Origin: Eledone cirrhosa
Taxonomy: Eukaryota
Reading direction: 5' to 3'
DNA: 64,000 bases
Assembly (NCBI GenBank): GCA_964016885.1
Contig: OZ024753.1
Location: forward strand, 20,770,001 to 20,834,000
The position numbers and the translations under genes are program-made. Within the stretch, counting starts at the first letter, position 1, and each line of letters starts with the position of its first letter. The notes under the pieces are model-generated. The model was not told the DNA's origin. It ran no database searches and saw nothing but the letters and a program-made list of their open reading frames with translations. Positions 22,921 through 36,879 of this stretch are shown here, in pieces.

Positions 22921-23815
22921 ATCATCATCATCATCATCTTCATTTAACGTCCATCTTCCACGTTAGAATGGGTTAGACGGGAGTTGTTCCACTTGAGGCA
23001 AGGTTGGTCGGGTGACTGTGTCTCGCTCACATAGGACTATCTGGCAGGTTTTCTACGGCTGGATGCCCTTCCTAACACCAACCACATTTACAGTGTGGAA
23101 CTGGGAACTTTTTACCATGTTACCTACACGACCACATTACAGTGTGGACTGTGTTTTTTTGTCGTGACACCTACACAATCTCGATCTCATTATCTCATTT
23201 ATTTGGACTGGATGTTGTGGTACCAACTTTACAGAGAGAGGGTGGTGTTAGTGGGAGTGGGAGGATAGGGTAGGGGTAGTGGATTGGGGTGTATATTTGG
23301 TTAAGAGGTGCCTACTGACTGTAGGTTTCGCTTTGTACATAGGCAAGGCGGGTCTTCTGTATTACTGCGTAGCGCCAAAGATCTCAGTCCAGTGACATTG
23401 TCTTAGGGAGGTGCAAGTGTGTAAGGTCGGAATTTATCAGATCATCCCAGGTTTTTCTGGTCTACCTACTCCATAACTTCCATCAATTTTGATCGCCCTG
23501 CACGTTTTTATACAGCTGTCGTCTTTCATGCACATCATGTGACCATACCAACGTAGTCTTCTCTTAAGTAAACAGCATCTGATCCCTCTTATTCCTAATT
23601 TCTCACTTAGTTCATTTATGCTTTGCCGTTCACGTATATTATTATTACACATCCAACGGAGCATGCAAGCTTCGTTCCTCTCCAGTCTGCGCAGGTCCCC
23701 TGCACGCAATGCCCATGTCTCACTGCCATGTAACATTGCTGTTCATATACAGGCATCATATGATCTGCCTTTCATTTTTAGAGAGAAACCTTTTGTGGCC
23801 AACAGCGGTATAAGC
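22921..23815 (-). mobile_element. RTE LINE 3' fragment
   Basis: MLHGSETWAL..RRLERNEACMLRWMC..RLRWYGH, 3' UTR and (GAT)n tail. Confidence 0.9.
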
Positions 23816-24871
23816 AAAAAGGAAAATTGTATGTGACACCTCAATCTACTAGAAATATTAGCAAAATCCATTTCAAATCACAACGAACAGTCTCACACAC
23901 CCACACACGCGCACACACACGCACACATGCATCTGTTTGTATGTCATGGAAGCCATTATAACTGTTGTACCTAAAAGAAATAGAAAACAAATCTCCCTCA
24001 AACAAGATCCTACTGCCATAGAGGTAAAAGTTGGTGAAAGCTAAAGTGTAAATATTTTTATTTTAACCCATGCTCTGCTGCACTTTGGGCCAAGGAGGGT
24101 AAACTCTCCAAATATCGGTCGCTCTCCAACAGGTTTGTTCTTGAGCCCATAGCAATGGAGACTTCTGGTGTCCTTGGCTACCTCCCAACTCACCACCATC
24201 GGCACAGAGTTAACTACCTGCAGGGCTGAGCCTCGCAAGCTGGAATGGATTTTCCAATGCGTCTCTCTCACCTCTATTCTGCTTACCGGGGCTGCTGGGC
24301 AGCCAGCGCGAGGGCCCCCATTTGCTCATGATAGTGAGTGATGGGGAGATCGGAAGAGATGGAGGCAGTGTCAGTGGGAGTTTGATTCCTGGTGTATATG
24401 TATATATTTACCACACTTATACACATTTAAATAAACTTTCCTGAATTACAGAAATGAGTAAGTAAATTCTTCATTCTTTCATAAACCAATAGTACATTTT
24501 TTTTTTTTTAAATTATTTATGCTTTTTAAAATAGCCTTCATATTTTGTTTGAATTTCAGAGTTTCTGATTGTGCAAAAAAACAAAAAAAAAAAAAAAAAG
24601 ATAAATAATAAATCTAAATAAATCTAAATTTTTTTTTGGGGGGGTCGCCCTTTTCACTGACAACATAACCTAATGATTCTTCCAAGTGCGAAGCATTATA
24701 TATGCTGACTAATAGGGTGCAGTATTTAAAAAACCACCACTGGACAAAACTAATAATATTTTTATCATGATTTGCTTTAAACAAATGGCAATAAATATTC
24801 TGCTATAATTCCTATTTTAGTTAAAATTCAGCAATCATATTTCAATGGCTAAATATTTTAACTTTAATAAA

Positions 24872-24902
24872 ATACCCGGGAATCACCGGGTAGCTCAACT
24901 AG
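24872..24902 (+). mobile_element. Helitron 3' end (hairpin plus CTAG); 5' end not located
   Basis: TACCCGGGAATCACCGGGTA hairpin, then gctcaaCTAG|T. Confidence 0.55.
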
Positions 24903-24904
24903 TA

Positions 24905-25240
24905 TCATCATCATCATTTCATTTCATTTTACGTCCGCTTTTCCCTGCTTGCAAGGGTGGGACGGGAACTGATTCTGGCTAGATTTCTACAGCTGGATGC
25001 CCTTCCTAACACCAACCTCATTTACAGTGAGTGCTGGGTGCTTTTTTGCCGTGGCACCTCCACGACCACTTTGCAGTGGAATGGGGTCCCTATCATCTCA
25101 TTTCTACAGCTGAGTAAACTGGAACAATGTGAAATAAAGTGTCTTGCTCAAGGAAACAACACATCACCCGGTTTGAGAATTGAACTCACAGCCTTTCGAT
25201 TGCAAGGCCAATACTCTAACCACTAAGCCATGTGCCTCCT
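24905..25240 (-). mobile_element. Composite SINE: tRNA head, CORE-like body, RTE-UTR-like module, RTE tail
   Basis: A and B boxes, CCTTGAGCAAGACACTTTATTTC, AGGAAGGGCATCCAGC, and a tail matching 18298-18345. Confidence 0.8.
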
Positions 25241-25241
25241 A

Positions 25242-25738
<497 letters not shown>

Positions 25739-26319
25739 GATTCCCAAATTGTGTCAGGGGTAATCGCAATTAAAGAAGGTACTCAAATCATTGGTAGAGT
25801 ATAAGCATCTTTATTATAAATATGACTTCTGGCTAGAAGTGTTTCATTCATATGAAGTCATCAGGAATGTTCTTTATAATATTGACACTCTGGTTGATAC
25901 CTTATTGATAATACTTTAAGGAATGCAAGTCTGTAGATTATTTAATGAACCTACTTTTCTTTACTTGAATAGGAGTAGATGTAAAAACCATGATGATGAT
26001 GATGCTTTTTACATCCACTCTTCCATTAGTTGGGCATGGGTTGAATGAAAATTTCTGAGGCAGTGTTTTACAGTCAAATAGTCTTCATCAACCCTTTTAG
26101 TTACTTCTTAAAACATATATAAATACAATGTACCTATTCTCAAGACTGGAATACACATACACACATAAGCATAGGTGTTAGTTTGTATAGAAAACCATGC
26201 CAAAAATGGAATGTATGAGAAAAACATGGTTACGTGACCTGTCTTCCCTCATGACTTGACAATCTGTCTAACCCATTCAAACATGGACAATAGATGTTAA
26301 ACAGTAATGATTATAAAGT

Positions 26320-26622
26320 GGTTGTGTAGGTGTCACGGCAAAAAGTACCCAGCCCACATAATAAAGTGGCCATGTAGTTGTCACAACAGAAAGCACCCAG
26401 CACACGCTGTAAGGTGGTCATGTAGGAGTCATGACAAAAAAGCGCCCAGAACACACTCTAAATGTGGTTGACGTTAGGAAGGGCATCCAGCCAGAGAAAT
26501 TCAGCCAGAAACAGTTCTTTATGAGAAAGACACGGTCTCCTGACCCAACTTGCCTCTAATGGGACAACCTGTCTAACCCATGCTAGCACAGAAAATGGAA
26601 GTTAAACAATGATGATGATGAT
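26320..26622 (+). mobile_element. Short RTE-derived element (UTR module plus (GAT)n tail)
   Basis: Repeated AAAGCACCCAG..CTGTAA units, TTAGGAAGGGCATCCAGC, CTAACCCATGCTAGC and tail. Similar copies at about 30150, 32110, 37270 and 49062. Confidence 0.75.
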
Positions 26623-27875
26623 ATATATATATATATATATGTGTGTGTTTTTGTTTTCATAAAACTATCGGAATCTCAGCCCAGGTGTAGCTGTAAACAG
26701 TTGATTGCTATGTGTGTAGCAAAAGGTTGGATTAAAATATAACTACAGAGAGAATGAAAGAAAGATTCTAAAGCATGAGATGAGAAATGAGAGGAGTATA
26801 TTATATGAGAACACTGGATTATGTAAAATTAAGAATAGTTTGATTAATTCTGAAAATAACTTTTTAAGAAATGAATGGAAGGCAGAATGTTTGGAGATAA
26901 GTCAAGCCTTGAAAATGTAATCATTGTTAAAATGTGTGGAAACTGAGGTGGCTTAAGGAAAATCATACATTGGAACTGGTCAAAGATATATTCAGTTTGA
27001 CGAGAATAAAGATTTATGTGTTGTACTTGGCATAGGTTTTTCTCGCTGAATGACCTTCCTGTCACCAACCATTTTACAGCATGGACTGGGTGTAATATTC
27101 GTGCCACCAGCACTAAAAAAGTTGTCTTACTGGGCTGAAGGGTCCTTTCTACCCTATATCAGTTTTTATTTAGAGTGACTGTTCTCCTAAATGGGTTGCC
27201 TTCTCCATGGCTTACAGAGCCCAAATTTATCACATATATTGGGAGGCATTGCTCTCCTAGATAGGCTATCTTCTCTAAGGCTAATGGAGCCACATCTACC
27301 CCATGGAGTATATACATTTTAAATATTACTGGTCTACAAACAGAACATCTTGTTCTCTTCATCCCCATTACTTGTTGTTCCATTTACAATAGGATGAAAC
27401 ATGATTGTACAGCAATGTTTTACAAAGAGGATCATGCTGTATCTTGGCTATTGTTTGCTATGAAATAGTGCAATAGTTGCTAGAGTGAAGTAACCTTGTC
27501 AACCATTTTCCAAGTAGAAAGCAAACCTGTTGAATAATAGGAAATATAAAAATATATAAACACAACAACAAATGATTTATCACAATTATTATTATTATTA
27601 TCATCATTAGTCATGTTTTTATTACGTGCGATCACTACGTTACCAAGCACAGCGCTGTGTACCATGGGTATGTGCAGTGTTGTTTCTATTGACTGGTAGA
27701 TAGTATCAGCAATGGAAAGACCAATGAAAACGTTGTTTCCTTGGACTGATATCATGTGTTCCTCCCTATTTGGTAAGTGAATGATGCCTGGGATCTTGTT
27801 GATAGATCTTTTACATAGCACTCTTCGTAATATGTATACAATGCCTAGAATTGCTATTTTATGTATTATCATTAA

Positions 27876-28910
27876 CTAGCAGTAAAGCCCGGCGTTGCTC
27901 GGGGTCGCTCAGTAGCTGTGTTAAAGTTACAATGTTAAGTTTCTTTTTTGGCTTAAAAACTGTAGTGTCTACTGTGCAGACTTGCATGTGGTGTTTTTGA
28001 TTAATATTCCCTCAAACAACAATATGCCTTATGAAGTTAAGAAAACATAACGATAACCCGAATGTTATAACAAAAGAGGATGCTGGGGATAAAAACTGCA
28101 CTGGTTATTTATTAACAAAGATCGAAAATGTAAACACTGCAACGCAGATAAAAACATTAGCGTAACCAAATTATCAGTTATGTCTGTCTGCACGCCTATA
28201 TCACCTCTCTGCACGACTATCTGTCTGCACGCCTATATCACCTCTCTGCACGACTGTCTGCACGCCTATATCACCTCTCTGCACGACTGTCTGCACGCCT
28301 ATATCACCTCTCTGCACGACTATCTGTCTGCACGCGTATATCACCTCTCTGCACGACTGTCTGTCTGCACGACTGTCTGTCTGCACGCCTAACGAAATTT
28401 ACAGATACATATATATAATTTTTGCTTTTTTTTACGAAATATTTGCTTGTTTTACGTAGTCTTTAAATAGACTTGTTTTCAAGTAAAAATCTTGTTTTAA
28501 AATGCTTTTAAATGGAAATGAAGCTTGTTTTACGTAGTCTTTAAATAGACTTGTTTTCAAGTAAAAATATTGTTTTAAAATGCTTTTAAATGGAAATGAA
28601 GCAAAACGGAAGCTTAGTGTTCGAACTGTCATTTTAAACGCTGAGAATGCCAGCGTAATTTTTTACGTAAGACGCTCAATGTAAACAGAACAAAGGGAAA
28701 TAACTGATAACTTACGCTCAAAAATCGATACATTATATTCGATTTCGTCACATAGGGTGGGTCAATTTGAAATATTTTTTTTCCGATGTCTTCGCTAGGG
28801 CTCAATGTACAAGTATAGCAATTTCGGTGCAATTCCGTGAGAGATTCTAAGAGGAGATGTGTGCCAAAAATCGATAGACAGACAGACAACCACAGTTTTA
28901 TATATATAGA
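27876..28910 (-). mobile_element. Non-autonomous Helitron (family of 5574-6432)
   Basis: Same termini and body as 5574-6432. Confidence 0.9.
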
Positions 28911-30147
28911 CTAGCAGTAAAGCCCGGCGTTGCTCGGGGTCGCTCAGTAGCTGTGTTAAAGTTACAATGTTAAGTTTCTTTTTTGACTTAAAAACTGTAG
29001 TGTCTACTGTGCAGACTTGCATGTGGTGTTTTTGATTAATATTCCCTCAACCAACAATATGCCTTATGAAGTTAAGAAAACATAACGATAACCCGAATGT
29101 TATAACAAAAGAGGATGCTGGGGATAAAAACTGCACTGGTTATTTATTAACAAAGATCGAAAATGTAAACACTGCAACGCAGAGAAAAACATTAGCGTAA
29201 CCAAATTATCAGTTATGTCTGTCTGCACGCCTATATCACCTCTCTGCACGACTATCTGTCTGCACGCCTATATCACCTCTCTGCACGACTGTCTGTCTGC
29301 ACGCCTATATCACCTCTCTGCACGACCGTCTGTCTGCACGCGTATATCACCTCTCTGCACGACTGTCTGTCTGCACGACTGTCTGTCTGCACGACTGTCT
29401 GTCTGCACGCCTAACGAAATTTACAGATACATATATTTTAAATAAACTTATATAATTTTTGCTTTTTTTTACGAAATATTTGCTTGTTTTACGTAGTCTT
29501 TAAATAGACTTGTTTTCAAGTAAAAATATTGTTTTAAAAGGCTTTTAAATGGAAATGAAGCAAAACGGAAGCTTAGTGTTCGAACTGATGAATTTTGCAG
29601 GTCAAAATTTTGCTGGCTCGACAACTGTTCGTGTATTGTGTTAATGTCATTTTAAACGCTGAGAAAGCCAGCGTAATTTTTTTAATTTTTGCCAGCGTAA
29701 TTTTTTTAATTTTTGCACGCAGAAAATGTAAACAGAACGTAAGACGCTACGCTGAATGTAAACAGAACAAAGGGAAATCATTTTTTTAATTTTTGCACGC
29801 AGAAAATGTAAAGAGAACGTAAGACGCTACGCTGAATGTAAACAGAACAAAGGGAAATCATTTTTTTAATTTTTGCACGCAGAAAATGTAAAGAGAACGT
29901 AAGACGCTACGCTGAATGTAAACAGAACAAAGGGAAATAACTGATCACTTACGCTCAAAAATCGATACATTATATTCGATTTCGTCAGATAGAGCGGGTC
30001 AATTTGAAATATTTTTTTTCCGATGTCTTCGCTAGGGCTCAATGTACAAGTATAGCAATTTCGGTGCAATTCCGTGAGAGATTCTAAGAGGAGATGTGTG
30101 CCAAAAATTGATAGACAGACAGACAACCTCAGTTTTATATATATAGA
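28911..30147 (-). mobile_element. Non-autonomous Helitron, tandem copy
   Basis: Joined directly to the neighbouring copy as CTAG|TC on the minus strand. Extra ~80-bp internal tandem repeats at about 29700-29940. Confidence 0.9.
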
Positions 30148-31534
30148 TTGGCGACATGACAAAAAGTGTCCATTCCACACTGTAAAGTGGTTGGTCTTAG
30201 GAAGAGCATCCAACAGCCATAAAAACCAAGTCAAAACGCAGGTCCCACTATGTACAAAGTTTGGTGTGGCCAACTGGCCAGACCTTCCTCATAATTCGAC
30301 CACCAAGTTCCACACTGTAAATGTGATTGGTGTTAGGAAGGGTACCCAGCTGTAAAACAACAGCCAAAATATAGTTCTGTTTGAGCAAGGTATGGCCAAG
30401 CTTGCTTCATAATGAGGACAACTCATCTAATCCTTGCAAGCAATAAGATGCTAAACTATGATGATGATGATGATGATATTCCTTGGCTTATATTCCAGTA
30501 TATACAGTACATAATATATAAAGTATTAATGCAGGGAAGTGAATCAGTAGAATTGTTAGTGTCGGATAAGATACTTTGCATTATTAGTTCTGCCTCTTTG
30601 CATTCTGTGGTTTACATGCCTCACAGTCTTTCAGTTTAACACTACAATCTGGCCCTTGGGTACCTTTAGAAGAGTTTATTCTGTTGCAAGCAATTTAGTT
30701 TCCAATCACTGGTTAGTTTCAGAAACTTTTAAAAGAATCATGGACACTGCTTTCTCTCCCTGACTAAACAGTAAAAGAAGAAAAAAATGATTATTTATAA
30801 TTAATAATCAAATTCAGTTATTTTAAACTACATCTATAAGCTTTCCTACCAGTTACAAACACCTTTCAAAATGAATTTCTCTTTAGACAATAAACTTCAT
30901 CTTCAAAGAGGAAATATTTTTCTTGTAATATCTACATTTACAGTATGTTTCGGTGGGCAATCAAACCTGATAAAAATGTAGAGTTGATGTAGATAGTAGA
31001 AGAAACAAAGAATGTTTCATCTCAAAAGATGAGATTAATAGTCTGGAAAGAATTGTAATCTTGCTAACAACATATTTAGAATATTTTTTAAAATCTTTTT
31101 GCTTGTTTCAATCATTAGACTGTGACCATCTTGGAGCAACACATTGAAGAGATTTAATCACACAAACATAGTACTTACTTTTTTTCATGCATGGTACACA
31201 TTTTATTGATCTCTTTTCTTCAACCGTTGAGTCAGGGACCCAAACACACACAAACACATACATACAAAACATTATCATCATCATCGTTTTTACGTCCATT
31301 TTTCCATGCTTGCATGGGTTGCATAGGTCCTTCTCAGCACAGCATCTCTCCACTTGCCACATTTAATGGTGGTGAATAATAATAATAATAATTGTTTCTA
31401 CTTGGCCAGCACTTTGAAGGGGAGGGAAAAATCGATTAAATTGACCCCAGTGCATTACTGGTGCTTTATATTATCGACCACGTAAGGATGAAAGGCAAAG
31501 CTAACCTCATTATTATCATCATTTTGTTGAAAGG

Positions 31535-31830
31535 TGGGTGAGAGAGGTAAGAATGGCCCGAGTATGTGTCTGTAAATTGAAGGTGGAAAATTGGGAGAGG
31601 GCACTTGCCCTGGTGGTCAGGGTCACCGTGGCTTTTTTTAATGGGCTTTCTCCACAATGGCCCTCGGAAGTCTCTCCCCCCCCCCCCCCCTATTGGAGAA
31701 TTTTTTTTTGTTCCTTTTTTTGTTACATCCTCTGTTTTTGTTTTTTTAACATGCAGAAATGCCCATTTGTATCGTCCTGTATTGTCCTTAATGTCTTACT
31801 TTGTGTAAACCCTTGTGGTTAATAAAGAAA
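31535..31830 (+). mobile_element. Probable Tx1/L1-like 3' end
   Basis: Resembles the 3' end of the element at 44700 (RMARV, GGGTCACC, T-rich UTR, CCCTTGTGG..AATAAA). Confidence 0.5.
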
Positions 31831-31869
31831 GCATTATTATCATCATCAATATTATTATTATTTCCATTA

Positions 31870-32105
31870 TTATTTTTTATTGCTCATCAGTACTGCTTTA
31901 CCAAGCACAGCTCTGTGCACCTTCGGTGTCAGCAGTGTAGCATTTTCTGATGCTGTTTCTATTGTATTGATAGCCTAGTAGTGCTATCTTTTGTATGCTG
32001 AATATATTTGTAGGTCCTGGGGTTTTGGTTATGTATTTTGTGTTTTGTTTTTTTATCATTCCTAGAGCACCTATTATTATAGGTATTGTTTCAGTTTTCA
32101 TTTTC
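31870..32105 (-). pseudogene. R4/Dong-like RLE LINE C-terminal fragment
   Basis: TETIPIIIGALGMI..IQKIALLG with an (AAT)n-like tail. Confidence 0.6.
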
Positions 32106-32419
32106 ATTTACCACAAAATATCCAGTCCACCCTGTAAAGTAGTCATGTAGGAGATATGGCAAAAAGCACCCAGCACACGCTGTAAATGTGATTGGCGTTA
32201 GGAAGGGCATCCAGCCCTAGAAAGCCAGCCAGAAATAGTCCTATATGAGGAAGACATGGTCACGCAACCCAACTTGCTTCTAATTGGGACAAACCTGTCT
32301 AACCCATGCTAGTGTGAAAGATAGACGTTAAACAATGATGATGATGATGAAGATTTTCTTAGAGTCTTAGTCATTGATGATATTTAACTGGAAAGTTTTT
32401 TCAAATGAACATGAACACT

Positions 32420-32850
32420 ACCTGCAGCCTCAGATATTCAGGATGTATCGGAGGGTTCTTGCTGTTATAAGCAAGCATGCCTTTTGAAGTATTCCAAAAA
32501 ACGGGGCTGGACTAATCTTCTTTAACCATTTTTGAAAACTCTTTGAGGTAGTACCTAGTGCTCCTATGACAATCGGGACGACCTTGATCTCATGACAGTC
32601 CCATATCTTTTTAACTCCAACTTTAACTCCTGATATTGGTTAATTTTCTCCTTCTCCTTTTCTTGTACTCTTCTGTCAATGAGGCAGGCTACATCTGCTA
32701 TCAGGCACAATCTTTTTTCTTGTCAAAAACCACCAGGTCAGGCCTATTGTGTTCTAATTTCATGTCTGTCTGTATCCTAAAATCCCATAGCACCTTCACT
32801 TGATCGTTTTCTATGACCGACTCTGGCTTATGCTCGTACCACTTCACAGA
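32420..32850 (-). pseudogene. R4/Dong-like restriction-like endonuclease fragment
   Basis: KWYEHKPESVIENDQVKVLWDFRIQTDMKLEHNRPDLVVFDK..IADVAC..KEKEKINQYQELK..VVPIVIGALG. Confidence 0.8.
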
Positions 32851-33138
32851 ATGTAATGCTATGCTATTCTATACATGGGTGGGGAATCTATAGCATATCA
32901 TTTTATAAATGAGAAATTACTGCTAACCTTATTCAAACCTTCTTTGTTTCTGGAGAAAGGAGCACCATGAGTGATTTCCCACAACCCCTTCACACTGGGT
33001 GCAGCACATCGGAGTTTGAAAAAGAGAGAGACAGACAGAGATATAAAGGAAGAATAGACTCTAGAACTAGGCTGCAATTTTGTTGTTACTATTTTATGCT
33101 ATTCTATACATTGAAAGGATGAATACTATAGGGCATTA

Positions 33139-33225
33139 TATGAGGGTCAGCTGAAAAGTTGATAGGATGACTAAGATACTCTGATGGATTGACCAAATGA
33201 GGTTTATTTTTCAACACAATCCCTG
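33139..33225 (+). mobile_element. Mariner-like terminal fragment
   Basis: TATGAGGGTCAGCTGAAAAGTT resembles a mariner TIR (recognised from memory). No partner TIR seen. Confidence 0.45.
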
Positions 33226-34752
33226 GACAGAAACAATGCAGTTATTAAGAAGAAGAGTTGAAATGATTACATGCAAGATTTCACAGCTCTAGCATCACTC
33301 CATAAACAGTCAGGGCCCAACAGCTGAGATCTTACTGTTTCAACAGCAAATGCCAGACTGTCGAAATGGCAAGAGCTCAGCTATCAGGCCCTGATTCGCT
33401 ACTAAAGTTACACACTACTATCCTAAGTATTGAGTACTCTGCTGAATTATTAACCTTACCAGTTTAAACTGGTATTATCCTGATCTATATGTCTCAATAC
33501 AAAAGTGTGGAAAGTAATGCCCTTTTTTTTTTTACTAAATTATGCATTTTCTTAAACTACTGTAATTTATTAATTCAATATGTTAATAAATTAAAAAACT
33601 GCGTTACTTTTGCTGCACCCTGTACATATCTGCAAATAGTTTGTCTCAACGTGCAGGACATTGTAAGTGCAATTAATTATTTTAATGCTAGGAATTTAAA
33701 TAATTAATTATATTATACCTTTGTAGTTTAAGAAAGTTAAATGATAAATGTTTTCATTAGGATTGTGTTATGTCATTCCCAGACTGAGAAAAACTGAAGT
33801 AAAATAATAAAGTTGTAAAGTTTAATTTAAAATGAAAATAAGAATGGAGAATGAATGATAACAATCACTGCTATAAGATAAGCCACTGGTTGGCACTAAA
33901 ATATTGGAGATACTTTGGAAAAATTTTAATTTCCTTTCAGCTGCTTGAAGTATTTTTGGTTTAGTATTTATTGATTTCAGCACATTCTGCATGTACTTGA
34001 ATAAGTATCTATACCCATTCTCCACACCCCCATATATTTACTTGGTAAGAGTACATAATAAGAGTACGTAATTATGAAGTTTTGGACATAAGTCCTTCAC
34101 CAGGAAAGTAGGGAGGAACTCCGAGAAACAAGAAAATTAGAGTCGAAGCAGCAATGGCGGAAGGTAAGGTATGTGTGTATGTGTAAGTGCAGGTGTGTAT
34201 GTGTAGATGTGCAGGTGTGTGTGTGTGTGTATGGTTAAGGGAAGGGGATGTGTGGTGTGTCTGTAGGTGATATGGGTTTGTGTGAGGAGGTAAAGTCGGT
34301 GTGAATGAGTGTATATGTTGGTGTGTGTGTGTTTGGGGTGCAAGTACATATGTTTTGTGAAGGGTGGTAAGGGGAAGGAAAAGGTGGTGGTGATTTTTTT
34401 TAGTAGTGTTAGTGGGGTGGTGAGGTGTGGGTGTGTGTGGGTAGAAGTTAGTGATGATAGTAGGGCGAGGGGACGTGTAGGGAGGAGGCAGTCAGGGGCT
34501 AGAGGAAGAGTGGTGGGGAGATCAAACCAGTGTGGGGGCACATGTCTGTAAATGGAAAATGGTGAGTTGTTCAGGCCGCAGAGGTCAAGTTGCGAGTGGA
34601 GTGTCCGGCGGAGCAGAAGTGTCAGGCGATAGGGGAACACGAGCCAAGACGGATGATATATATATAGATATACATACATATACATATATATATATATGTT
34701 GATTTAATACTTCACTGCTCGCAAGTGTTTTTTAAACTTCATATCATATCTC

Positions 34753-34827
34753 TCTATTTTATCTGATGAGAACACAAATATCATCCCATGATGATATTTG
34801 TTTTTGAAATGCGCATAATAAAATAGA
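34753..34827 (+). ncRNA. Hammerhead ribozyme (family B), solo Penelope 3'-end copy
   Basis: tctattttat CTGATGA gaacacaaatatcatc ccat gatgatatttgttttt GAAA TGCGCA TA ataaaataga. Confidence 0.85.
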
Positions 34828-34977
34828 TGGAACTCTTTTAACCATCCTTTGATTTTATATTATAAACACACGTATATATATATTTATTAAAATAACAGTT
34901 TAAATTTAAAGCAAAGAATCGCTCTTTTCTTTAGGCTTCACATTTATTATTATTACTCTCTCTCTATATATATATAT

Positions 34978-35019
<42 letters not shown>

Positions 35020-35097
35020 ATATATATACATATATATATATACACACACACATATATATACATATATATATATAGACACACACACATATATATATAT

Positions 35098-36105
35098 CAT
35101 CATCATCAACGTTTAACGTCTATTTTCAACACTAGCATGGGTTTAGACAGGAATTGTCCTACTTGAGGCAAGATTGATCGTCTTGCTCAGATAGGACTAT
35201 CTGGCAGGTTTTCTACGGCTGGATGCCCTTCCTAACACCAACCACATTTACAGTATGGAACTGGGAACTTTTTACCATGTTACCTACACAACCACATTAC
35301 AGCGTGGACTGTGTGTTTTTTTGTTGTGACACCTACATGACCTCATTTATTTAGGACTGGATGTTGTGGTACCAGCATAACTTTAAAGAGAAAGGGGTGG
35401 TGTAGATGGGGGTAGGGGTAGGGGTAGTGGGATGGGGGTGTATTTTTGGTTAAGAGGTGCTTACTGACTGTAGGTTTTGCTTTGTACATAGGCAAGGTGG
35501 GTCTTCTGTGTTACTGCGTAGCGCCAAAGATCTCGGTCCAGTGACATTGTCTTAGAGAGGTGTAAGTGTGTAAGGTCGGAATTTATCAACTCGTCACAGG
35601 TTTTTCTGGGTCTACCTACTCCTTAGCTTCCATCAATTTTGATCGCCCTGCACTTTTTTATGCAGCTGTCGTCTTTCATGCACATCACGTGACCATACCA
35701 ACGTAGTCATCTCTCGAGTAAACTGCATCTGATCCCTCTTATTCCTAATTTCTCACTTAGTTCATTTATGCTTTGCTGTTCACATATATTATTATTACAC
35801 ATCCAACAGAGCATGCCTGCTTTGTTCCTCTCCAGTCTGCACAGATCCTCTTCACACAATGCCCATGTCTCACTGCCATGTAACATCGTTGTTCGTATAC
35901 AGGCATCATACAATCTGCCTTTCATTTTTAGAGAGAAACCTTTAATGGCTAATAGTGGTATAAGCTCTCTGAACTTTTTCCATCCCGTTCTGACTCTGGC
36001 TACTGTACTTTCAAAGCACCCTCCACCACTGCTGATTGTGTCACCTAGGTAACGGAAGGTGTCCACGATTTCTATAGAACCATCTGGGCAATGGAAGGAG
36101 CTAGT
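35098..36105 (-). mobile_element. RTE LINE 3' fragment
   Basis: IEIVDTFRYLGD..GWKKFREL..MLHGSETW, with UTR and tail. Confidence 0.9.
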
Positions 36106-36122
36106 ATATATACTCACACACA

Positions 36123-36176
<54 letters not shown>

Positions 36177-36879
36177 CACACATATCATCATCATCATATA
36201 TATATATATACACATACATATCATCATTATCATCACCGTTTTACGTCCGTTCTTCCATGCTAGCATATATATATATATAAATGAAAAGTATAGAAAATAT
36301 TGTAGCAAGAAGCCAACAGTATTCCATAATATATAAGTGACTATAGCGTCAAAATGGGAAAATATATATATATATATATATGCACACACACATATATATA
36401 TATACACACACACAAACATATATATATACATTATATATACATATACATATATATATACACACATAATATACACATACACACATATATATATATATATATA
36501 CACACACATTTTATACACATATACACATACTGTCACATAATCACACTATCAATCTGTATTTCTCTCATCACACACTCTCTCTTTCTCGCTCTGTCTATAT
36601 ATGGTAGTTGAAGTGGTGGTGGTGGCGATATATCGGAAGTGTAGAAATTTGAAACTTTTAAAAGAAGTCAATTTTAAATAAGAAATAAAATTATTCATAT
36701 TTAATCAAGAGTTATGAAATTTAGTAGAAAAATTATGTAATATTCATTCATTATTTATTCAAAGTAATCCAACTTATTTTACCAACTGGATTAAAAGATA
36801 TAAACCGGATGTTGTCAGGCACTCCTCCCTTTATTATAGTATATATACATATATATATAGAGAGAGATATAGATATATA

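Noticed and set aside
24041-24380. GC-richer segment, possible host exon
   Set aside because: No recognisable protein or convincing splice pair. More likely an unassigned repeat fragment.
25165-25240. tRNA gene
   Set aside because: A and B boxes are present, but there is no full cloverleaf and it continues into a SINE body.
25820-25870. Hammerhead-like CTGATGA..GAAAC..GTC on the minus strand
   Set aside because: Stem I does not pair, so at best a relic. The same applies to motifs near 2850-2880, 3205-3281, 34075-34105, 49503-49525 and the half motif at 54775-54795.
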